Below, in pieces: positions 48,701 to 59,200 of a DNA stretch of 64,000 nucleotides. Under the pieces are notes generated by a model, which saw only the letters and a list, made by a program, of their open reading frames with translations, searched no databases and was not told the DNA's origin. Source of the stretch: Bugula neritina (lineage: Eukaryota > Animalia > Bryozoa); assembly GCA_964035545.1 (NCBI GenBank), contig OZ037773.1, positions 2,013,751 through 2,077,750 of the forward strand. Direction: 5' to 3'. The first letter of the stretch is position 1; each line of letters opens with the position of its first letter. The translations under genes were made by a program, and so were the position numbers.

Positions 48701-50954
48701 TGAAGTTAATTATTGTTTGCTTTAGACATACTATTCCTCGATGATTAAACCTTACTATGAAAAGTTCAGTAATGACTGGAATTTCAACAGTTCTGAACCA
48801 ATAGTTGAGCAGTGAGTAGACGTTACTGAGTTACACTTATATGTCTTCATTCTCTGTTTGATATTTAAAGAGCTTTCAATTTCAAAAAATTATTTAGTTT
48901 TATGCACAAAATATCATTAAACTCCTGCATATTCAAACTAAACATTTGTTAGCCCAGTATATGTGTTTATATTGTAGATATAGGCAGTCTTCTGCCATCT
49001 CTCGTGCCTGTTCATACAACGTCGGAGATTGTAGATCTCGGGCTGTGGAATTGTTTAAGAGTTGGATGAATGAGTCATTATCAGGGTGAGTCATAGACTA
49101 TAATAACAGACAATAAGGACTGTGAAACAGACTATAAGGACTGTGAAACAGACTATCCCCCTAGATACACCTTGCCATAACGTCAATGGTGCCGTCAAAT
49201 GTCAGCCATTTTTAAAAATGTCCGAGCGAACCGTACGACGTTATGGTACATCAGGATCAAGCAATACTTGATTAAAAAGATTGCATTGGATTCCTATTGG
49301 ACAAGGAGACGTTCGCGCCAGATAGAAATGTTCAATGAGGTGTCATAGATCTTATCCAGTAGTGCACTTTGAAAACCCTTGCAATATAGTTCGTAAAACG
49401 TTTTATTGTTGTGCTAGCGATATAAGATAGAAAGATTATGAATCACAGTGTAATTGTGAATATAGAGTGTTTTGTTCTGTTATGTAGCTTAATTCACCCG
49501 AATGTAAGGAGCACAGTCTACTGTTATGGAGTAAATGAATTGGGAGTTGTAGCCTGGGACTACGTCTATCAAAGGTTTAAAACAGAAAATGTGGCAGGTG
49601 AAGCGGTGAAGTTGCTACAATCTTTAGGATGTACTGATGAGACATGGCTATTACAGAGGTGTGCATATATACATATGTAGCCACAGTGTCTACATGTGTA
49701 GCTAAAGTGTATAGATATGTAGTTACAGTGTATATACATGTATATAAATATGTAACTGCAGTGTATACAAACGTAGGTCTAGTATGTTTATATGTAAATA
49801 ATGTTACTTGGTTTGATGGAGTCTGTGCATAATGTATAGCATAGCACACATGTTCAATTTAGATAACCTCTGTAGATACTGCACATACATCTGTTATATG
49901 TACAGTATCTACAGAGGTTATCTAAATTGTAGGTAAGTGTGTGAATATTTGTATGCATGTGTAAGGATAATGTATAAATGTGTGAGTTCAATGTGTACAT
50001 ATATAGCTCCAGTGTGTACATCTGTAGCTACGGTATATATTATGTAGCTGTAGTCTATACATGTATAGCAACAGTGTGCACACATATAGCTACAGTGTAA
50101 ACATGTGCCGCGACAATGTATACATGTATAACTACATTGTATGAGTATGTAGAAATAAAGCATACATATGCAGCTACAGTATGCACATGTATCGATGCAG
50201 TGTATGCATATGTAGTTACAGTATAATTTCTGTTGCAGACTGTTAGACTATTCAGTGGATGAAGATAAAATCAGAAAACAAGATTCATATATAGCTGTAA
50301 GGGCTGTAACTAATAACAAGATCGGTAGATTCCTCGCATGGGATTGGTTGAGAGCTAACTGGTTCGACATTAAAGCTAAGTAAGTATATTGATAGTTTTT
50401 CTTACATTATTATTTAGCATAAAAAAGTATATTTCTATCTTTGTGTATTACGTAGAGCATATCTTAGATTGAGTGTGTCACAGGTGGTTGTTTGGTGTGT
50501 TTCAGATATGGCGTTGGAATAAACATGCTTGGTAACTTTGTCTCGTACACAACCTCTTCCTTCTTCACAGAATTTGAGCTGCAGCAGGTTGGTTAGAATT
50601 TTCTTTGATTCACAAATCTGCCATTATTAGACTATTATTACACTATTACAACAAATTCATTATTCTAGATAGAACTTGTTATTGAATAAAGTTGATATCT
50701 AGTAAATATCCATACATCATGTAGCACTATAAGTAATATAATATAATATATAATATAATATAATATAATATAATATGATGTCTTACTCTATATTTTATTG
50801 ACAGATTGAAGACTTCACTGCATCTGTTGGTGACCTTGGAACTGCTTCTAGAGCGTTTGCACAAGCTAAAGAGAGGACAACCAATAACATCAAATACTTG
50901 CAGAAAAATCAGGCTGATTTGACAGAATGGCTAATGAACATAACGCAGCCTTAA
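39786..50954 (+). CDS. ANPEP: M1 family aminopeptidase N-like, copy B', with intact alternative exons 6a and 6b
   Basis: ATG 39786 (acceptor GAAG), TM segment, 6a 43405-43560, 6b 43612-43767, [17 protein letters not shown] (~45372-45526), [10 protein letters not shown], final TAA at 50952-50954. Confidence 0.9.
41222..42942 (+). mobile_element. Internally deleted pogo/Fot1-like (Tc1/mariner superfamily) DNA transposon in intron 4 of B'
   Basis: TIRs CCGTAAAATGGGGTAAC..GTTACCCCATTTTACGG, TA TSD and subterminal GGGGTAACTTTGGCCA repeats. ORF 42139..42441 (WGFPL..W..SF..RH..L) resembles a CENP-B-type HTH. No DDE domain. Absent from copies A and B. Confidence 0.88.
43612..43767 (+). CDS. Alternative (putatively mutually exclusive) exon 6b of copy B'
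   Basis: 156 nt, same phase as 6a, open frame [51 protein letters not shown], 29/52 aa identical to 6a. Confidence 0.85.
47965..48124 (-). mobile_element. SINE copy with deleted tRNA head
   Basis: Homologous to 29295-29509; present in intron 17 of B' only. Confidence 0.75.
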
Positions 50955-51533
50955 ATGCAACTTCATTCTTCCAACCCTTAAAAACATTTAATGTTTAAAA
51001 TTAAATCTGATTTGCTCACATAATATGTAATATATTATGTATAATTATAGTGATGACTCATGTTTATGATTTGTCCTCATTTAGACAATGATGTTACATG
51101 TTGTCCCACTTTTATTCATATTTTTATACAAATATTTAATGTGACTTTGAAATTTTTATACCAGATAAACTTTAATTATAGTTTTACGCGATTTTAACTA
51201 ATAATATCTTATTTAATACCATGTAATTATTATATGATTAAGTTGGATTGAAATGCATCCCATATATTCCACATAGACCATAATGTATATTTATTCCTTC
51301 AAGCCTCTAATACACTTTACATTAATGTAAATGTTCATTTGATATAAAATACTATACACTGTGTCATGTTCATGTTAGATATCACAACACCAAATCTCGT
51401 ACAGAACTGAAAGTTAATGTGTAATATTTGACAAAAAATCTATGATGTAATACAGACCCTACACAAAAATAGTTGCAGAATATGGTATGTAAGTTGTGGC
51501 ATTTAAACTAATGCATAAAATATGGCATAATAA

Positions 51534-51751
51534 AAACTCACGCAAGTTTATAGTCACTTTTCCTGTGAGAATCCCTGATTAAAAGGGTTTTTTTCTTAAA
51601 TCGGGCTAAGGACTTATTTAGATGAGGCACATGCAGGTGCAATTATGACCGGATGCTCTTCCTAACATCACCATTGGCCTTTGTCAAGTCTCGAACTCAC
51701 AGCTTGGGGTTTACTAAGCGAACGATCTAACCCTTAGACCGCAGCTGCTCC
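51534..51751 (-). mobile_element. tRNA-derived SINE, paralogous to 29295-29509 through the segmental duplication
   Basis: Near-identical sequence and flanks. Confidence 0.8.
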
Positions 51752-52979
51752 CTATAATATATGGCATAATACATGTTGTAAAATGCGGTATATAAGTTAT
51801 AGTGTATTCCATGTTAGATGAACTAATGTGGAGTGCAAAATTTAAATGATGTCGACTCCAGGGCATATTAACAGAGGTAGAGCATCTTGATTAATGTATT
51901 TAAATAATATCATGGATATGGTGTATTGTGGACCTAATATTTTGCTGCATAGATCAAAGAGAATATTGTAATTATTCACATAATGTGATAAAATGGAATG
52001 CTTTGCATGGTGTCCATGTATTTAACTGCATTATAACCAATATATTTAAAGATGGTTATATGGTTTTTAGTTTTAAGTACTAATGTTTGTATGTATTATA
52101 TTGTTGGCAGTTGCTATAGTATATTGTATATACAGTGACATTATCCTACATACGTAGAGTTATTAGCATATTGTATATATACAACAATTTTATACTGTGG
52201 ATATTATTAGTATATTGTATATACAGCAATATTATACTGCATATACCTAGTTACTAGCATATTGTATATATTATACTTTAGATATTATATTTCATAGGTT
52301 ATGCTATTGATTTAATATTATATAATAAACGAGGATACTAATTGCATTTGAACATGATTGCAGTAATCAATGTAACTCACAAATTACAGGATTGCTGAGT
52401 GCATAGTCATTAAACTCGTGAGAGTTGTCTGTACTTATGCTCCATTGTTCCCAATGTTTAGCTTAATGAATCAACTGCAGGGTATTGCTGCAGAGTATTG
52501 AAAATCAATAAGAAGTTATGAAAGAAGACACTGAATGAAAGCTTGCTAATAGGAGATGACAATATATTTATAAACAAAGGAGAATAGATATGAGAGTCAT
52601 GCTGATCATAGACTGATCACAGCTCTTGTAGACTCCGTATTCTGATACTTTCACTTCAACATGTTTGGCTAAAAGTTCCTATACGTAAGTTACAGAATAT
52701 GAAACTAATGTTACTGACTGATTGGATACTTGCAGTAGATACTCTAGAGTAATGAGTAATTAAAGTACTTGTAGTAAATACTTTACAGTAATGAGTAGTT
52801 ATAGTAATTGAATACAGTGATGGAGGTATTGAGAAAAGCCTGTGTTCTAGATTAGAAATCAAGCATAAGAAGTTATGCTATCGGAGAATTTCAACATGTG
52901 CCTCAAACCAAAATTTAATAATAAAATTAAAGAACTTAGGCTATCTCAATTTCTCCACTACTGCTCCTAAGTGAGTGAC

Positions 52980-53247
52980 AAGTAGTTAGTGAGAGTACAG
53001 TTTGTAGTTGTTACTCTACAGTGATGAGTAGATAGTGAGAGTACTGGTAGTGAGTACTCTGCAGTGATGAGTAGATAGTGACAGTACTTGTAGTTGTTAC
53101 TCTACAGTGATGAGTAGATAGTGAGAGTACTTGTAGTTGTTACTTTACAGTGATGAGTAGATAGTGAGAGTACAGTCTGTAGTTGTTACTCTGCAGTGAT
53201 GAGTAGATAGTGAGAGTACTAGTAGTGAATACTCTACAGTGATGAGT
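52980..53247 (+). repeat. 43-bp minisatellite, 6 units, each containing CAG|TGATGAGT
   Basis: ATGs at 53024, 53067, 53110, 53153, 53199 and 53242. Confidence 0.9.
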
Positions 53248-56200
53248 GGGGGAGATTTAGCCAAAGCTGACAGCGTTTCTCTTAGTGGCAGCGACTTTAC
53301 GCTATACTCTGACGAAGCTTGGTCTGATGAACTATCCGACAGCGTCATAAAAGAAACAGTGAAGTATGACAGCATGTTACAAGGTATGCATATTTTTGAT
53401 ATGGTATACAGTTATACAGTATATACTATATGTAGTTATACAGTATACTTACTATATACGGTTATACAATATACTGTATGTAGTTATACAGTATACTTAC
53501 TATATACGGTTATACAACATACTGTATGTAGTTATACAGTATACTTACTATATACGGTTATACAACATATTGTATGTAGTTATGCAATATACTTACTATA
53601 TACGGTTATACAGTATACTATAATATACAGTTATACAAAATACTAGAAGAAATTAAATGCATTATATCTGTATTATATCTGTAGATTATTGGTATATCAA
53701 GCTTGAGTAAAAATTTCACTGTATATAAATATAACAAAACTCACACAAGTTTATAGTCACCATCCTTGTGTGAACACTCCTGATGGAAGGAGTTTTTGTT
53801 AAATCGGGCTAAGGACTTATTCAGATTGGGCATATAGGAGCAATTATGACTGGAGGCTTTTTCTAGCATCACCAATGGCATTTGCCGGGGTTCAAACCTA
53901 TGACCTCTTGTTTACTGCTCTTTTATATAAATATAACATGCTGATCGCTTAATTTCATAGCAGTTGTCACAAAACTGTTGGTAGCAATGTGACGAGTTCG
54001 AAAAGTCTGGTAGTCAGAAGTGTATAGACAAGTAGTATACAGCTTGCTAATCCAGTTGAGAGTAAATAGAGTAGACTTTATTTCTTCAGTAAGATATGCA
54101 CAGATGAACTTATAAGAATGAACTGTGAGAATGAACTTATAAAAAGGAACTGATTCGTAAACACAACTGCCTCAGTATTTATAGTAAACAAAACACTCTA
54201 GAACATTCTCAAGCATTCCAGTATAGAAGATTCTAGTACAAAACATTCCCCACATACCAATACTATTTATAAAAAATCAAAACAAAACATTGGAATTTCC
54301 ATGGTTATTTCGCAATTATTGCGCAATACCTTGTTTACATTGCTGGACAGTAGTTAACATGACTAATGAAAATAACAATGAACAATGACCCATCTCTTTG
54401 ATCAATCTAGAATATTTATGAACATTCGTGTATAATCATTAGGAAAAACCCGGTAAGTCTATAGGTATATGTATACTCAGAATTTGTGACAACCCCCCAT
54501 TCTAAGAGAAATTATCTTAATAATTTCTCCTTACTACTTAAAATTCTGAGTCAATTCGGCTTAGATAATCGGCTCCAACATTGTCCTTTCCTTTGATTGA
54601 CTCCACCTTGATTCTGAAGTTCTGTAAATACATAGCCCATCTCATCACTCTGCTGTTCTCAAATTTGGCCTGGTTGATGTACACCAGCGGTTGGTGATCA
54701 GTCTGCAGCACAAACTCGGCACCATATAAATATTGTAGATATTTCTTGACCGCCCATACCACAGCTAAGCATTCCTTCTCTATGGCGGAGTAGTTTCTCT
54801 CCCGGTCTAGTAATTTCCTACTTGCGTAACTCACAGGGAACAGCTTTCCATCCTGAGGCTGCATCAGCACTGCCCCTAGCCCAACATCTGATGCATCCGT
54901 CCTTAACACAAACGGTTTGTGTACATCTGGCAATTTTAAAATTGGTGCACTTGTCAGCATTGTTTTTAAGGTGGTGTACGCCTTCTCTTGTGGTTCCTGC
55001 CATTTGACTTTCTTTGGTTCTCCCTTCTTTGTTAAATCTGTTAGTGGACTCGCTATAGTTGAATAATGAGGGATATATTCTCTGTAGTAACTAGTAAGTC
55101 CAATGAACGATCTCACTTGCGTCTTATTGGTTGGCCTTGGCGCAGCCCTAATTTTCTCAATGTTGTCATCCATTGGTTTAATTTCACCCCTGTAAAGTTT
55201 ATGTCCGATGAACTCCATGTTTGTTCCTCCTACTCTACATTTACTTGGTCTAACGGTAAGTCCAGCTGTGGCAAGTCGGCTGAAAACTTCTGTTAGCATT
55301 TTAACGTGTTCTTCCCAACTTTCCGTGTGCACTAGAATGTCATCAATGTAGTTGTCCACTCCATTCAGATTTTCAAAAAGTTTTCTCAACCCTCTCACCA
55401 GTGTCGCTCCAGAGTTAACCATCCCAAATGGCATCTTGATGAATTCATAATGTCCATCGGGTGTCACAAATGCAGTTTTAGGAATATCTTCTTTCTTCAC
55501 TGGTATTTGCCAGTATCCCTTGGATAAATCAAGTTTGGTAAAGTATTTATCTTTACTGAGCTTTCTGAAAACGTCATCTGTTTTCACCATTGGTTCAGGA
55601 TCGAATACTGAGACTCGGTTTAGTTTGCGATAGTCTATACAAATCCTGTTGCTTCCATCTGGCTTCTTTACTATCACCGTTGGTGAGGCGTAGGGAGAGG
55701 TAGATGGCCGAATAACACCCATCTTCAACATGTCCTCGATGTCCGCCTTGAGAGTTTCTCTTACCCTGTAGGGCAATCCATATGGTTTGAATTTCACTGG
55801 CTCATCAGTCGTGAGCTCGATAGAATGTTCTATTCCCGTTGCATTTCCTGGCAAGTCACTGAAGATACCTTCAAACTTTCTTAGTAACTCCTCCAGCTGT
55901 CTTCTTTGCTGATTCCCCAGCTCTTCACCCAGAATGACATCTTTGCTTGTTTCTGTCTGCCGTTTCTTACTGTACAGGTCCAACAAATCATCTTGGTCTT
56001 CTTCTCTTTCCTCATCGTGATCAATAATTCCAGTACCAGCAGCATCTAAAGTCATCACAGCTCCAACAGTCATAGGGTCGGTGGGCATCTCCCGCTCAAA
56101 ATATTTCTTCAGCATGTTGGCATGGTATGTTCTCCTCTTGCCTCTAATGTTGATAATGTAGTCATTCAGTCTGACTTTCTCCTCAATATTGAATGGTCCT

Positions 56201-59200
56201 TGCCAATGCATCAGCAATTTATTTCCATCCGTAGGTAGAAGAATGAGCACTTTGTCACCAGATTTGAAGTCTCTCTGCTTAGTTTTCTTGTCAAAATAGT
56301 GTTTGTATCTTTTTTGACTGTCTTTTAGCGAAGCTAGTGCCATTTCCATCATGTCATCTAAACGCTCTCTCAATTCAAAAACATGCTGATAGCAGGTCTT
56401 GACTTCATCGGCAGTGTCTTCTTTTGTCCAAAGTTGTCGCAAGATGTACATTGGTCCACGCACAGTTCTTCCATAGAGTAACTCAAATGGGGCGAAGCCT
56501 GTTGATTCCTGTGGGACTTCTCTATATGCAAATAGAGCCGCATTGATAAACCGATGCCACTGTCTTGGCTCTTTAGCACACAACTTTTTTAACATACTCT
56601 TGAGGGTTCCGTTGAACTTTTCCACAAGTCCATTGGCCATTGCATGGTATGGTGAGGTAGGAAGTTGTCGCATGTCAAGTAATCTGGTAAACTCTTTCAT
56701 GTAGTCCGAGATGAATTGAGTTCCTTGATCGCTTATCACCTCCTCTGGTATCCCAACACGACTGTATATGTCAAGCAGCGCTTCAGCTACAGTAGCTGAG
56801 TCAATGTTCTTCAATGGTGTAGCTTCAGGGTATCTTGTAGCATAGTCAACTAAAGTTAGGATGTAGCGGTGTCCTTTCTCACTTGGAGGGTTAATTGGTC
56901 CGACTAGGTCTATCGCACATCTCTTGAATGGGGTGTCAATTAGTGGTGTTTCCTGTACTGGAACTTTCATGACTGAGCCTTTTTTCACCGTCTTCTGGCA
57001 AATGTCACATGATTGACAGAAACGTACGACATCTCCGTTTAGTCCTGGCCAGAAGAAGTTGGAAAGCACTCTATCAGTGGTTTTCTTTACTCCTAGGTGT
57101 CCGCTCATTATGCAGTCATGAGCTTTCTGTAGAACTTCCTTCCTCAGTGAACTGGGTACCATGAGCTGTTTAACAGGTTTTACACTGGCAGACTTCGAGT
57201 CGGTGTACTCACGGTACAGAATCTTATTTCTCACCACAAACCTAGTGATGCCTCCCTTTTTCTCCTTCACTTCTTTTGCATCGAAGAAACGCTCCAATGT
57301 GGGGTCATCCCTCTGCATTCTGGCTATCTCATCTTTCCCTATACTTAATGGGTTAGCATTTGAATCAATCATCAGTGGTTTGTCTCCTGACTTTTCCTTG
57401 ACAGCTTGAGCTCTTGTGGTTACGGCGCAGTCCTTCCAGTTTTCCAGCGGCTGGTCAGCTGATCTCGCTCCATCCACATTCCCAATAAGCAGGTCACATA
57501 TCGTCTTGTCCATTACTGCATCTTTGACGACACCATTGTAAAACGGTGAGCGCACTGAGATAAGTGCCCACTGAGCATCCCTAACACTTGCATCAGCCAT
57601 CTTCAAATAAACTGATTCTCCAGTTAAATGTTGAGGTTGCACGTACTTTGCATTGACTACAATGCAACCACAGCCGGTGTCGCGCATTACAGTAGCTCGT
57701 TGGCCATTGACTTCCGCATCAAATATTGCTGTGCCCCCATCTTTGAATTTGGGGCCATTCTTGCAGACAGCAGCGTTGACAAACTTTTTACCATTAACTA
57801 TGATTTCTGTAGGTTCTTCCACTTTAGATGAGATTCCTGGATCTATGACCACAGTCTTATTGTGAGTAGTCGCTATTGCAGCAGCAGCATGCACTGACCT
57901 TCCACCATACTTTCTGCAGTCTGAAGTATTGTGGTTGTTCATCTTGCAATGTGAACAGTACTTCTTCCCTCGCCGTGGGCAATTACGAGCAATGTGTGAC
58001 TTATCTTTGCAGATGAAACATGCCCCATCGCTTTTACTTCCTTGTTCAGCATTCATGCTACCGGTGGGTGTGTTTTCCATCCTTTTTATATTAGTTTTCT
58101 TAGTCTTTGCTAGTTTTCTTCCACGGGCGTGCAAAAACAGTGACGCTGCATCACACATATCCTCACTGCTGTTGTAGGAACTTTGCTTTAAATGCACAGC
58201 TAGGTCGTCTGGGCATGATGATATAAATTGTTCAGTCGCCACTAGTTTGGCTATGTCCATGCCCCCTGAAAGCTCCACCCACTTGTGCACATAACTTTCT
58301 ATCCTAGTGAATAGTTGGGCAGGAGTTTCATCCTCGTAAGCTTCTGCCTCTCTGAGCTTTTTTCTGTAGCCCTCTTGAGTCAAGTTAAAGCGCTCCAATA
58401 AGGCTTCTTTGACTTTTTTATAATCTCTACGATCGGTAGGTGACAACCGGATGTAAGCTTCTGTTGCTGTACCCCTTAGGTACTGACTGAGATGGTAGGG
58501 CCAATCTCCCTTGTCCCAATTACATCCTTCGGCAACCCACTCGAACCGCTCTAAATAGCTATCCATTTCATCCACCTTCTCATCAAAGAATGGTATTTTT
58601 GGTTTTGGTTTGTTAGCTATTTCTAACCTGGTGCTCTCATGTCTTGAGTGCTCCAAACTTGTGTCAGCTTTCAGCTTTTCCATATCTAATTCATGTCGTT
58701 GTCTTCTCTCTTCTGCCTCCTGGTCAGCTTTAATCTTGAGTGCCATTGCCTCCTGATCAGCTTTTATCTTCATCTCCATTAAGGCTTTCTCATTTTCTTG
58801 CCTGATCCTTTCCGCCTCACGCTCTAATCTCCGCTCCTCTCGGTCCTTTTCTTTTTCCTCTCGGTCCTTTTCTTTTTCCTCCTGTGCAGCAACAATGGGT
58901 AGGTTCTTTTCAACAAAAGCTATGAGCTTGTCCTCCACCAACCCAAGGTCTTTACCCATCTGTGTCACTCTCTCCAACAACGCCATAATGTCTCAACAAC
59001 TGTTAATTAATCCTGTGTATACTCACGTTGTAACTAATAACTTCCCTGTGTGCGACTGAGACTTCCCGGAGCAGCCCCCAATTGTCACAAAACTGTTGGT
59101 AGCAATGTGACGAGTTCGAAAAGTCTGGTAGTCAGAAGTGTATAGACAAGTAGTATACAGCTTGCTAATCCAGTTGAGAGTAAATAGAGTAGACTTTATT

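Noticed and set aside
52835-52970. Repeat shared with 60841-60967 as an outer LTR or TIR pair
   Set aside because: Short, diverged direct copies with no TG..CA ends or TSD; more likely two fragments of a dispersed repeat.
53384-53646. C-terminal part of ORF 53239..53646
   Set aside because: Read-through past the donor at 53384 into a 48-bp minisatellite; only 53240-53383 is exon-like.
54538-58986. Ty1/copia assignment from the IN-before-RT order
   Set aside because: RT, RNase H and integrase motifs (DYRKLN, MPFG, YIDD, GPF) are gypsy-type.
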